A stretch of 64,000 bases of DNA from Candidatus Fermentimicrarchaeum limneticum (GTDB lineage Archaea; Micrarchaeota; Micrarchaeia; Burarchaeales; Fermentimicrarchaeaceae): positions 1,050,758-1,114,757 of the forward strand of contig CP058998.1 of assembly GCA_013426015.1 (NCBI GenBank), read 5' to 3'. The notes under the pieces are model-generated. The model was not told where the DNA came from. It ran no database searches and saw only the letters and a list, made by a program, of their open reading frames with translations. The number at the start of each line of letters is the position of its first letter. Position 1 is the first letter of the stretch. A program made the position numbers and the translations under genes. Shown piece after piece: positions 17,183 to 26,842 of this stretch.

Positions 17183-19308
17183 CCGTGCCGAGTGTTAAAA
17201 TATTGTCACTTTCCGTTTTTGTACTGCTTCTGTTACCCATGGCAAGGGCGCTTACAACAAATGCAACTGTAACAATAAAGAATCCTTCCGGACAGGCGGT
17301 GGTGAACAGTCAGCAGATGACCTGCACTGCGCTAGGCTCGGGAACGTTTTCCGGCTCCGCGTTTGACAGCCCTACTCTGTGCGGCTTTAACACAACTTCT
17401 GCCAATCTTATAAACCGCACCAATACGAGCTGCGCATACACATATACAAAGAATTACTCAGCAGAAGGTGCCTGGACTGCAAACGTTACATTCTACCACA
17501 CTGCATACGAGAATAGAGGAGTTAATATAGATACCACAAACGGAACTGTTGATACTCAGTCTCCACCAACGGGCCAGGCCACTTTGGACTGCACTGCAAA
17601 TACAACATGCGTGTCAGACCCACAGTGCAACAACACCCTGAACGAGTCAGTGAACATGACCATCTACGCGATAAACTGGGACACAACGCAGGCTGACTGT
17701 GTTGGTTACGGAAAGTTGTGGTATCCCGGTAAGACAAGCGGCTCAAATTACTACTGCTGCGGCGATGATGGAACCAGTGATGATTTTGCATACTGGAGCG
17801 GAACGACATGCATGTACTGCAATAATGGAGTCAACAGCAGCACAACCACAAAGTGTTCTGCCACTTCTGCGTACTGCACGGGGGGTGATAGCGCTACCTG
17901 TCAGAGTGGCGATGACAACTATTGCTGCTACAATGTTGGGTGCTCTTCAACTGGGGCGACGGGTTCTCAGACAAACATGGTTGGTGGCAATTGCACATGC
18001 ACAGATGACCTATGCTACTGGGGTTACTGTGACAATGCTTCTTGGGGTGGAGCGGGCTGCTACTACTCGGTTTCTTGTTCCTCCACTGGCTGGGTAGGCA
18101 ACCTACGCAGCCCTCCAAACGATCCTAGAAACCAGACAGTCTCACCCCAAATTGCAGAGCCTGAAACTACGCTGAATGTAACGGCGAATGTAAGCGACGA
18201 CACTCAGAATGCGCATATAATTGTCTACAATTCTTCAGTAACCACACCTGTCGGTTCCACCGCCATTTGTACTGGAAACGACGTGGGTTCGAATCAGAAT
18301 TCCTCGTGCACCTTCACGGCCTCGGCTGCAGGCTGCTCAGCTGGGAACTGTACGGTCAAAATAATAGCGAGTGAGGAGAACTCTGATGCATGCGGTCCAC
18401 CGAAGTATAGTTTCCATTTCGTTAATGTAAGCTTCACCTATAAGAACAGAAATGTCTCACCACCTACTCGCAACGCACCGGCAAGCGACCCGAATGTGCT
18501 TGTCGGCAACACCTTTGTGCTCAACTGCACTGCACTTACAGGAAATGCTTCCACTGGAATAAACATGTCCTTCCAGTTCAACTCAACAACAGCTGGTTGG
18601 GCGAATATAACCACGTCAGGTGGCTTGACCACAACTCAGACAAACCCAGCTGTGAATGTTCTGAATGGAACAGCATATGCAATCAATGTGACAGGCGTTA
18701 CACCTGGGACTTACTGGGTGCGCTGCCAGGCATTCAACTCAACCTACAGGGCAAACAGCACTGCTCAACAGGTGACAGTGACAACAATACCACCTACGAT
18801 AAATGTGAGCGCAGAGAGCTACCCGAACTGCGGTGCTGTTTTCTACAGAGTGAGCTTCTATGACGTTAATTCAAAACTCATTGACTCCTCTTTCTCCCTC
18901 AAGGTGATAGACCCAAGCGTGATAACTGTTCTGACTCAGGCTGCCCTCTACCCGAATAACGGAACGGGCGTGTACCTCGGCAGCTATCTGCTCAATACAA
19001 GCTCTCCGCTTGGAACGTGGCTGCTAAAGGTGACCGAAAGCTCTGGGGTGACCACGGGGAAGAATTTCTATGTAGTGACTACGTGTGGAGATGGAACTTG
19101 CACAGGAGGGGAGAACTGCGAGAACTGCGCAGCAGATTGTACCTGCTCAGGTTTCTGCCAGGAGGGCACCTGTTACACCTGCTCTGGCTCACACTCCGGC
19201 ACTTGTCCGAGCGAATCAAAGTGCTGCAATTGCGGTATGTGTAACCTCGGTTATTTGTGTATTCCAGAGGAAATGCAATGTGACGGTTTTACATGCGGAT
19301 GTCTCTAA
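17179..19308 (+). CDS. Secreted, extremely Cys/Thr/Ser/Gly/Asn-rich surface protein with a C-terminal Cys-knot-like module
   Basis: It has an N-terminal signal peptide (SLSVFVLLLLPMARALT). More than 60 Cys fall in CCGDDGTSDD, CMYCNNG, CTCTDDLCYWGYC and similar contexts. The C-terminal CGDGTCTGGENCENCAADCTC...CNCGMCNLGYLC module is also found in the downstream pilin. There are many N-x-S/T sequons. Confidence 0.5.
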   Translation: MTVPSVKILSLSVFVLLLLPMARALTTNATVTIKNPSGQAVVNSQQMTCTALGSGTFSGSAFDSPTLCGFNTTSANLINRTNTSCAYTYTKNYSAEGAWTANVTFYHTAYENRGVNIDTTNGTVDTQSPPTGQATLDCTANTTCVSDPQCNNTLNESVNMTIYAINWDTTQADCVGYGKLWYPGKTSGSNYYCCGDDGTSDDFAYWSGTTCMYCNNGVNSSTTTKCSATSAYCTGGDSATCQSGDDNYCCYNVGCSSTGATGSQTNMVGGNCTCTDDLCYWGYCDNASWGGAGCYYSVSCSSTGWVGNLRSPPNDPRNQTVSPQIAEPETTLNVTANVSDDTQNAHIIVYNSSVTTPVGSTAICTGNDVGSNQNSSCTFTASAAGCSAGNCTVKIIASEENSDACGPPKYSFHFVNVSFTYKNRNVSPPTRNAPASDPNVLVGNTFVLNCTALTGNASTGINMSFQFNSTTAGWANITTSGGLTTTQTNPAVNVLNGTAYAINVTGVTPGTYWVRCQAFNSTYRANSTAQQVTVTTIPPTINVSAESYPNCGAVFYRVSFYDVNSKLIDSSFSLKVIDPSVITVLTQAALYPNNGTGVYLGSYLLNTSSPLGTWLLKVTESSGVTTGKNFYVVTTCGDGTCTGGENCENCAADCTCSGFCQEGTCYTCSGSHSGTCPSESKCCNCGMCNLGYLCIPEEMQCDGFTCGCL

Positions 19309-19349
19309 TCATCATTCTGAAAGACTAGGAAAAGGAATCAAAGCCGACA

Positions 19350-19366
19350 CAACCTATATTTTAATA
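19350..19366 (+). promoter_or_regulatory. Conserved AT-rich promoter-like element upstream of the pilin gene 19388
   Basis: caacctatattttaata lies ~25 nt upstream of the ATG. A near-identical copy sits upstream of 20121. Confidence 0.35.
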
Positions 19367-19387
19367 TCCTGCCGATAAAATTGTCTT

Positions 19388-20041
19388 ATGCGCAGAGGGC
19401 AGATAAGCTTTGACTTCCTCGTCATAGTAGTTTTTGCCTTCATAATATTCCTCGAGATGTTCCAGCTGTATGCGCTCGAGAGCAGGTCAAGCAGCATAAT
19501 AGAAGGAAAGGCGAGTGCCCTGAGTGTGTGCAGCAAGGTTGCGAGAACAATAAACGAGGTTCTCAAGGCAAACGAAACCAGCGCGGTTGTGACGATACCC
19601 GAGACTTTGGACACTGGCGATACTTACTATCTCAGCATAAAAGCCGCTGGGAGGAGGGTTGATGTCTTCTGGCCGGTTTCAGCACAGAATAGAAGCGTCA
19701 CAGTGCCCATACTGACGAGTAATGTCACTGAGCGGAACATATCAAAATCTCTGGGCTCTGGCGAGACGACAATCAACATCACCAATCGAAATGGAACAGT
19801 GGGCATTTTTATCCTTGGAACATGCGACAACACTGTTTGCGAAGCTGGGGAGAACTGCGAGAACTGCGTTGCAGACTGCACCTGCTATTGTGGGGATGGA
19901 CTGTGCACCCATGCAGCAGGAGAGGACTGCAATACATGCGTGGCTGACTGCGACTGTGAGGCGCCAGCTTCAATCTGCTGTCCTGAATACACAGAGGCGC
20001 ACGGTCTTTGTGTTCTTCAGAGCCAGATGTGTAATCCATAG
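19388..20041 (+). CDS. Type IV pilin-like protein (class III signal peptide) with a C-terminal Cys-rich module
   Basis: The N-terminus is MRRG|QISFDFLVIVVFAFIIFL. The C-terminal CEAGENCENCVADCTCYCGDGLCTHAAGEDCNTCVADCDCE shares a 22-nt identical tract (ggggagaactgcgagaactgcg) with 17179..19308. Confidence 0.55.
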   Translation: MRRGQISFDFLVIVVFAFIIFLEMFQLYALESRSSSIIEGKASALSVCSKVARTINEVLKANETSAVVTIPETLDTGDTYYLSIKAAGRRVDVFWPVSAQNRSVTVPILTSNVTERNISKSLGSGETTINITNRNGTVGIFILGTCDNTVCEAGENCENCVADCTCYCGDGLCTHAAGEDCNTCVADCDCEAPASICCPEYTEAHGLCVLQSQMCNP

Positions 20042-20079
20042 CTACTCTCTGGATAGGTAAAAAGAGGTCTATTAACGGT

Positions 20080-20097
20080 CAACCTATATTTTTAATA
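20080..20097 (+). promoter_or_regulatory. Conserved AT-rich promoter-like element upstream of the pilin gene 20121
   Basis: caacctatatttttaata lies ~25 nt upstream of the ATG and is near-identical to 19350..19366. Confidence 0.35.
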
Positions 20098-20120
20098 CCA
20101 ATATGCTGAAATAGTAACAG

Positions 20121-22160
20121 ATGAGAAAAGGCCAGCTGTTCAGCCAAGACATAATATTCGCGATAGTCCTGGTATTGTTCACGTTCTCGCTATGGCTTAT
20201 ACTGAGGGACAGGGTGCTGCACGTAATATCCATAACTGAGGACAGGAGGGAGATTGACGAAGCAGCATCAGAAGCCATCGGCCAGCTTCTTGAAACCTCT
20301 GGAAGGCCGACAAACTGGAATAGGCTCTCGGCAATAGACGAAAATACAGTGGAAAGCGTAGGTCTTGCAAGTGAAAGAAACGTTCTGGACAGCGACAAGG
20401 TTGACAAATTCGTAGGCCTAGCGAAAAATCAGATAAGCAGTTTTGTTCTTCTTGCAGCCCTGTGGCATTTCGACGAGGGAATCGACACCACTGCCGCAGA
20501 CAGCTCCGGAAACGGGAATACTGCCGTGTTCAACGGCACTTCACTAACCACATTGGTTCCAAACAGCGTAAACAAGGCGTATTATGCTTCCTCCGCAGTA
20601 TCGGATTCACCAAGCCAGGCAACAACGGAATTCTGGTCGGGAAAATACACCAATGTCCAAAGCTCGGATGCCGCCTATGCATTTGATAGTGCATCCGTTT
20701 CGCAATATGAAGACTGCAAGACACCGTCGCTATCCGGCTCCTGCGCATGCGCAAACGCAGGGATATGCGAGGAGGACACTGTAGAAGGCTGCACCACTGG
20801 CACCATAACGTGCACCTCCACCGGATGCAACCAGAGAGGGAATGCAACGAACTCCAGCAATACTTGCACTGCTTATCCATCTGAGAGCGGATGCAGGGAC
20901 CCTGATCCATGGGACTGCCCTGAGAGCGGAGTAATATGCACTAGTGGAGCCTGCACACCATCCTGCCAGAATCTAGGTTCCTGTTACTATACATGCAACG
21001 CCGGCTACTACAACTGCAATAACGACATAACGACTGACGGCTGCGAAAGCAACTCAGCCTGCTATAATTTCGCCATTCAGAGATACACCTTCAACCTCAG
21101 CTCCTATACTTGGAGTGAGGTGGGCAGCCTGCAATTCTGTTTTGAGGGTTACAACTCGTCCACCGGCGGATTGGCAACAGCAGAACTGATGTGGTATAAC
21201 GTCTCCGGAAGCTCCTGGGTCAGCTCCACCCAAATTTCATCAACAGAGGGCACATGGTGCCTCTCATTCAGCGGTGATAATCTAACTTCGCTTTACAATG
21301 AAACCGGAACATGGGTCCAGTTCGCCGTAAGGGGCAACCAGTCGAAGACAGGGCATGCATTAACACTGGCCGTGGACTATGTATACCTAAACATGACCCG
21401 ATCCCACGCAGTTGAATCGTTATGGACAACGGGAAAATCCGGCAACGGGATCTTTCTTGATGGCGCCGCCCATATGGATGTGGCCGATTCCTCCACCTTG
21501 GACATAACGAACCAGCTTACTATCGAGGCCTGGGTGAAGTCGAGTACTCTCTCCCCGTCCTACCAGACAGTACTCCAGAAAGGCGATTCTTCCAATGAGA
21601 ACTACGGATTGTATCTGAAAGGGAGCGAGGTTTACTTCGAGTGGCTAAACAGCGGGCTCAAATCGAACGAAACAGCGTCAGCAAACCTTCAGGCAAACCG
21701 CTGGCAGCACGTGGCTCTGGTTTTCAATTACTCGGGAGGTTGGGGCAAGCTTTACGTAGACGGCTATGAGAAAAAGAACTTTTCAGTGTCCGCTGACCTG
21801 CTTGCAAACAACGGCAAGCTCCTGATTGGACAAAACAGCTCCGCAGGCAATTATTTCAACGGAACGCTGGACGAGGTTGCAATCTACTCTAGGGCAAAGT
21901 CGGCGGATGAGATAAGGGACGACGCAGGCGCCGGATACACTACAGTAAAGAGGCTTCTGGGTCTGGAGAGGGAAGGATACACCTTCAATTTCACAATCGC
22001 AGATATGGGCGGGAATGTGCTTTACAGCGTCAATGCCTCCCCGCAGGCTGCTCCAAGCGGCGCAGGCTTCGCCGCGGTTAACACCACTGCCTTTATTGAA
22101 AGATTTGCATTATTGAATGACTCCTTGGTCAGGGTCACACTGGGTGTATGGATTGAATAG
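20121..22160 (+). CDS. Large pilin-like adhesin (class III signal peptide) with a LamG/concanavalin-like lectin domain
   Basis: The N-terminus is MRKG|QLFSQDIIFAIVLVLF. LamG_3-type motifs are present: WHFDEGIDTTAADSSGNGN...WQHVALVFNYSGGWGKLYVDGY...NGTLDEVAIYSRAKSADEIRDD. It also has a central Cys-rich segment. Confidence 0.6.
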   Translation: MRKGQLFSQDIIFAIVLVLFTFSLWLILRDRVLHVISITEDRREIDEAASEAIGQLLETSGRPTNWNRLSAIDENTVESVGLASERNVLDSDKVDKFVGLAKNQISSFVLLAALWHFDEGIDTTAADSSGNGNTAVFNGTSLTTLVPNSVNKAYYASSAVSDSPSQATTEFWSGKYTNVQSSDAAYAFDSASVSQYEDCKTPSLSGSCACANAGICEEDTVEGCTTGTITCTSTGCNQRGNATNSSNTCTAYPSESGCRDPDPWDCPESGVICTSGACTPSCQNLGSCYYTCNAGYYNCNNDITTDGCESNSACYNFAIQRYTFNLSSYTWSEVGSLQFCFEGYNSSTGGLATAELMWYNVSGSSWVSSTQISSTEGTWCLSFSGDNLTSLYNETGTWVQFAVRGNQSKTGHALTLAVDYVYLNMTRSHAVESLWTTGKSGNGIFLDGAAHMDVADSSTLDITNQLTIEAWVKSSTLSPSYQTVLQKGDSSNENYGLYLKGSEVYFEWLNSGLKSNETASANLQANRWQHVALVFNYSGGWGKLYVDGYEKKNFSVSADLLANNGKLLIGQNSSAGNYFNGTLDEVAIYSRAKSADEIRDDAGAGYTTVKRLLGLEREGYTFNFTIADMGGNVLYSVNASPQAAPSGAGFAAVNTTAFIERFALLNDSLVRVTLGVWIE

Positions 22161-22569
22161 GGCATTCATCTTCACATTGGATGCGATTCTCGCGGTGATA
22201 CTGTGCTCCATGCTCTTCTTCTCAACCTACTACCTTCTGGCGAAATTCCAATATTCTGTAGTGAGGGAAACCGCCCTCGTCAACATCTGCTCGGATGTCC
22301 TGACCTCGCTGGAGAAGAACCACACGCTGCAGAATTCCATAACCTACTCCCGCACGTCGGACATACGCAACGTCCTGAACAACCTACCTTCAAACACATG
22401 CTCGGATCTCGTGATATACTCCTATGACAACAAACCGCTGCTCATAACCGCAAAGACGGGCTGCAACTGCACGGCAAGCCGCTCGTTGGTAGTTAGGAGC
22501 TTCGTTATTCCTGAGAGCAATGGAACGCTTTCAACATATATGGCTAAGATGGAGGCGTGCTACACATGA
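22117..22569 (+). CDS. Small type IV pilin-like protein (class III signal peptide)
   Basis: ...GLNRA|FIFTLDAILAVILCSMLFF has the archaeal prepilin pattern. It overlaps the previous gene by 44 nt. It is 150 aa. Confidence 0.4.
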   Translation: MTPWSGSHWVYGLNRAFIFTLDAILAVILCSMLFFSTYYLLAKFQYSVVRETALVNICSDVLTSLEKNHTLQNSITYSRTSDIRNVLNNLPSNTCSDLVIYSYDNKPLLITAKTGCNCTASRSLVVRSFVIPESNGTLSTYMAKMEACYT

Positions 22570-25500
22570 GGAGGGCATTCCTTTTCTCAGTGATATTTGT
22601 GCTGCTTTTCACAGTCTTCCTGCTGCTCTCAGCTTTCTACCTAAAAATCCTGCAGAGCAGCGAGATAGATATCGCGCAGGCAGGCAACATAACCAAGGTC
22701 GTTTACACTAGAGACGACATAGCAACTGACCTCTTGGACTACCTGCAACTTGCCGTGAATATTGAGAGCAACTCCACCAATACCATCCTGAACATATCTG
22801 ATGTGCTCACATCCCCGTATAGCAATCCAAACTCATCGCTTGATTCCTACAAGAGCATCATAAACGGCACTTATTCAAACCAGACCAATCTCCTTGACCC
22901 AAGCACAAACCTCTCCGTCATCTCGCTGGACACCACCTCATTCGAGTCCTCGCCGTCACTCAGCTTCCTCAACTCCAACTCCTCGCTCAACCTCCGCTAT
23001 TCTTACAACAATCTCAGCAAGAACGAGCTGATAATAAACGGCTCGAGCCTTACGAGAAACTACTCGGTGACAGCAAGACTGAACAACACATGCATGAACA
23101 ATAACTGCACCAACGCCACATTCGCCGGAGGACCGCCGACCGTTGACAACTCAACGCGCGGCATGTGGCATTTTGACGAGGGCACTGGCACAACAACTGC
23201 TGACAGCTCAGGAAAAGGAGGTACCGGAACTATAAACGGAACTACAAACTGGATTGGAAGTAGATTCGGAAATGCTTTGAACTTCAGCACAGACTACACT
23301 GACTTTGTTAGCATTCCAGATTCAAATGATTTGGATTTAAACGCAAGTTTCACAATTGAATTTTGGTTTAGATTCCGTTACATTGGTGGAATTTATAGAC
23401 CAATACTTGGCAAGGCGACTGGAAGCATGGCAGTAAGTCAAAATTATGTAGCATTTTTGAATATCGTACCACAACTCGTATTTTTGATAGCGAATGGAGC
23501 AAGTGCTCAAACTATAAACTCAAGCGTATTATCAGCGAATACATGGTACCACGGAGCATTTACTGCTGATGGCAGCACAATAAAAATATACCTTAATGGC
23601 GTTCTGCAAGATTCTGCAACGCAGACTCTAACGCCATTGGTTAACAATCAACCCTTATATATAGGAACCGCAAACTATTCTCCAAGTGGATTCAAAGGGG
23701 CCATAGACGAGGTTGCAATCTACTCCCGTGCAAAGTCCGCGGATGAGATATACGCCGATGCAAATCTATTCCACTGGGACTGGGGCCCGATTGCAATAAA
23801 CAGCAATATCTCCGCAGCATGGCATTTCGATGAGGGAAGTGGAAACATCTCTTACGACAGCTCCGGAAATGGAAACAGCTGCAGCTTCAACGGCACAACA
23901 GCACCACAACTCCTCCCAGACAGCACCCATAAGGCATATCTTATCTCCTCTACAACAACCGACTCCCCCAACCAGGCAACAACGGAATTCAGCTCTGCCC
24001 AGTATAACACAATAAACACTTCTGACGATCTTTATACAACCTCAACCGCACAGGAAAGCATAACACAAAGCTGCAATTCGCCGACATTAGGTGGTTGCGA
24101 GGGCAACCCTCCTTCATATGACTGCGATATAGATGATTGCTCACCAGTTACCTGTACGTCCCCCGCCTCATGGTGCAATAATCTAGCCAATTCAGTTTGG
24201 ACTAGCACCTGTGCAAAAACAACTGCATCGTGTGTATGTAGATACAATAAAATAGGTTTCTTTTACTGCCTGCCAGGTGGCTGTAGTAAAACTGGCTTAT
24301 GCAGCTATACATGCAACTCTGGCTATTACGATTCAAACGGGCTGGACTCGGATGGCTGTGAGACCACTACGCCTGCTTATATCCACACATTCCAGAGATA
24401 CACCTTCAACCTCTCCGCCTACAACTGGAATGACGTAACCGAACTGAAATTCTGCTGGGAGGGAAAATACAATGTATCTGGAACTGGCGGAAGCCCACTC
24501 AATTCCTCGGAACTATACTGGTATAATGTAAGTTCTGCAACTTGGACTACATGGCAAACATTACCTTACAATTCAGAGAACACCTATTGTGTGAATTTCA
24601 GCAATGTAAACCTCACCGATGTTTATAATTCAACAGGCACATGGGTCCAGTTCGCCGTAAGGGGCAACCAGTCGAAGACAGGGCATACCTTAACAATATA
24701 CGCGGATTACGCTTACCTCAACGTGACACACACCCTTGTCTCATCTTGGACTGCTGGAAAATTCAACTGGGGGCTGGGTTTGGATGGGGTTGCGACGTAT
24801 GCTGAGGCAGAGGACTCCTCAAGCTTGGATATAACAACCCAGCTAACAATTGAGGCATGGATTAAACCCTATCCCACTTATGATCCATCTTGCTCAGGTA
24901 TCTGCCAGCTGCCGATAGTGGTAAAGGGGTCGAATGCTCCGCTTTATAACTATTATTTTTCGGTCTACAACACTTCTGGACCTCTTTATCTGTCTTTTAC
25001 TTATACTAATTCTGAGGGGAGTGCGTTTGCATTTCGAAGTTCTGATGGGTCGATACAAACAGGGGTTTGGCAGCATGTAGCGGTAGTTTTTGATTACTCA
25101 GTGAAGTCTCTAACCTTTTATATCAATGGAGTTGCAGCGCCAGGTGATTCCAGCTCCACTACCTTTGATCTTGGCGTAAATAACCTTCCGGTGACCATAG
25201 GAGGGAACAATGATGGCACACCCAGCTTCAACGGAACGCTGGACGAGGTTGCAATCTACTCCCGCGCAAAATCAGCGGATGAGATATACGCGGACGCAAA
25301 CCCCGTTTACATATCGCTTGATGTGAGAGATGCGCTGAACAGCTCAGTAACCGTAAGAGGCGCAAGTGCTGGGTACGTTAATCCTGGCGGAAACAACACC
25401 TTCTACCTTAAGACGAACAACAACGGGATGCTTAACATGACTGCAGGCGGCTACTCGGGGCTGTATTCGCTCAGGATGCATGCAAACAACACAAGGGCGA

Positions 25501-25613
25501 GCCTGCTCATCAAAACAGTGCAAGAAGGCGTCTCAAGCATCCAGGCAGTTCTGCCAGTCCAGCTGCGACTATACCAGCAGACATTCAGCAATCTGATAAT
25601 AGCTGAAAAATAG
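22557..25613 (+). CDS. Very large pilin-like adhesin (class III signal peptide) with three LamG-like domains; paralog of 20121..22160
   Basis: The N-terminus is MLHMRRA|FLFSVIFVLLFTVFLLL. There are three LDEVAIYSRAKSADEIYADAN LamG_3 terminal motifs and repeated WHFDEG...DSSG(K/N)G starts. It shares 48-nt and ~29-nt identical tracts with 20121..22160. Confidence 0.6.
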   Translation: MLHMRRAFLFSVIFVLLFTVFLLLSAFYLKILQSSEIDIAQAGNITKVVYTRDDIATDLLDYLQLAVNIESNSTNTILNISDVLTSPYSNPNSSLDSYKSIINGTYSNQTNLLDPSTNLSVISLDTTSFESSPSLSFLNSNSSLNLRYSYNNLSKNELIINGSSLTRNYSVTARLNNTCMNNNCTNATFAGGPPTVDNSTRGMWHFDEGTGTTTADSSGKGGTGTINGTTNWIGSRFGNALNFSTDYTDFVSIPDSNDLDLNASFTIEFWFRFRYIGGIYRPILGKATGSMAVSQNYVAFLNIVPQLVFLIANGASAQTINSSVLSANTWYHGAFTADGSTIKIYLNGVLQDSATQTLTPLVNNQPLYIGTANYSPSGFKGAIDEVAIYSRAKSADEIYADANLFHWDWGPIAINSNISAAWHFDEGSGNISYDSSGNGNSCSFNGTTAPQLLPDSTHKAYLISSTTTDSPNQATTEFSSAQYNTINTSDDLYTTSTAQESITQSCNSPTLGGCEGNPPSYDCDIDDCSPVTCTSPASWCNNLANSVWTSTCAKTTASCVCRYNKIGFFYCLPGGCSKTGLCSYTCNSGYYDSNGLDSDGCETTTPAYIHTFQRYTFNLSAYNWNDVTELKFCWEGKYNVSGTGGSPLNSSELYWYNVSSATWTTWQTLPYNSENTYCVNFSNVNLTDVYNSTGTWVQFAVRGNQSKTGHTLTIYADYAYLNVTHTLVSSWTAGKFNWGLGLDGVATYAEAEDSSSLDITTQLTIEAWIKPYPTYDPSCSGICQLPIVVKGSNAPLYNYYFSVYNTSGPLYLSFTYTNSEGSAFAFRSSDGSIQTGVWQHVAVVFDYSVKSLTFYINGVAAPGDSSSTTFDLGVNNLPVTIGGNNDGTPSFNGTLDEVAIYSRAKSADEIYADANPVYISLDVRDALNSSVTVRGASAGYVNPGGNNTFYLKTNNNGMLNMTAGGYSGLYSLRMHANNTRASLLIKTVQEGVSSIQAVLPVQLRLYQQTFSNLIIAEK

Positions 25614-26618
25614 CTATACCACGGAGAGCAGGGATTTAAGGATGTAGCCGTGTATCACCATGAACACAGCAAGCGATATCACAATTAGATAAAGGCTGTA
25701 CTTCAGTCCATTGAGCTCATTCCCATCATGTATCACGCCAATCAGCATGCTTACCGTGAAGGAGGTCACGATTATTGTGATAATGGATATATCGAAAAGG
25801 AAGTCGGAGGATATTGGGGTTCCCATGAAAAGCCCCACCTCTGAAGTGAGTGACGTGCTTGCGCCCTTTGCTTGAAGCGAGCCTATCAAGTCGACAAACT
25901 CAATTGATATGGAAAGAAGAGCGGGCATCCCGATAAGGACCGCGAAGAGTATGAATACGATATACATGTTCGTCCCTGCGATGAGCTGCCTTCTCAGTTC
26001 CTGGCTCTCCAGTATGTCGTCAGCTGCGTTCTCAAGCAGGACTGCCAGGCTTCCGCCGGAACGCATGCTGACTATGAACAGCGCAACAGTCCTTTCGAGA
26101 ACTTCGGACTTTATCCTCTTTGACATTTCCTTCAATGCGTCAGTAAATGATTCTATGCCAAGCGATTTTGCCGTGACGAACCTTACCTCCTCCTCAAGGG
26201 GACCGAACTCCGGCCTGGCAGAAATCCTCAGAGCCGCAAGGGGCGTAAGGCCTGCCCTTATGTTTGCCGCAATTAGCTGGAGTGCGTCAGGCAGTACATT
26301 TTCAATCCTCTTCCTCCTGTCCTCGACTCTGAAGTGAAGCACAAGGTACAGGGTGAACAGGGTGAACAGGAAAACGCCTATTCCTACAAGCAGCAGGACG
26401 GCAACTGCCATTATCTCCAAGACGATCCAGATGAAGAGCAGTGTTGCCACCCCAAACAGCAGCGACAGCAGCAGGACGGAACCGAACCATACTCTGGCAT
26501 CCATCCTCACGCCGGAGTAATCAAGCATCTCCTCTATGTGCCTGGTGATACCTTTAGGAGTGAGATTTCCGAACGCATAATACAATTTTCTCAAATCCTT
26601 CATATCCATAACAATCAT
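25614..26618 (-). CDS. Type II/IV secretion system F-domain membrane protein (FlaJ/TadC-like pilus platform protein)
   Basis: It carries RIENVLPDALQLIAANIRAGLTPLAAL, the T2SSF cytoplasmic helical motif, flanked by TM segments. Confidence 0.55.
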   Translation of the reverse strand: MIVMDMKDLRKLYYAFGNLTPKGITRHIEEMLDYSGVRMDARVWFGSVLLLSLLFGVATLLFIWIVLEIMAVAVLLLVGIGVFLFTLFTLYLVLHFRVEDRRKRIENVLPDALQLIAANIRAGLTPLAALRISARPEFGPLEEEVRFVTAKSLGIESFTDALKEMSKRIKSEVLERTVALFIVSMRSGGSLAVLLENAADDILESQELRRQLIAGTNMYIVFILFAVLIGMPALLSISIEFVDLIGSLQAKGASTSLTSEVGLFMGTPISSDFLFDISIITIIVTSFTVSMLIGVIHDGNELNGLKYSLYLIVISLAVFMVIHGYILKSLLSVV

Positions 26619-26635
26619 CTATCCTTACTGCCGAA

Positions 26636-26680
26636 GTTTATTACTGGAAAGTTACCCCCCTTCAGGAGGTTTATATACCC
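26636..26680 (-). repeat. Solo copy, in inverted orientation, of the tnpB 5'-flank element (ACTGGAAAGTTACCCCCC ... GTTTATATAC)
   Basis: Its reverse complement reads tataaacctcctgaaggggggtaactttccagtaataaac, matching the element 5' of both tnpB genes. It lies between the two T2SSF genes. Confidence 0.5.
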
Positions 26681-26842
26681 TGAGCTGGATATGCTTATAA
26701 GCTGTTGGAGCGGATGCAAATCCAGATTTCCAACAACCGAGTCCCAGTAAACGGACTCCTGCGTTCCGATGAAACTGGTTGCAACAATGCTGTGCATCTC
26801 AATCAACCTCTTGAAGGAATGCCCACTTCATAGGTGGGTAGT

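Noticed and set aside
18280-18300. A 'gggttcgaatc' tRNA T-arm-like string.
   Set aside because: It lies inside the coding frame of the 709-aa Cys-rich protein. There is no acceptor/anticodon stem complementarity around it and no other tRNA-like structure. No tRNA genes were recognised anywhere in the window.
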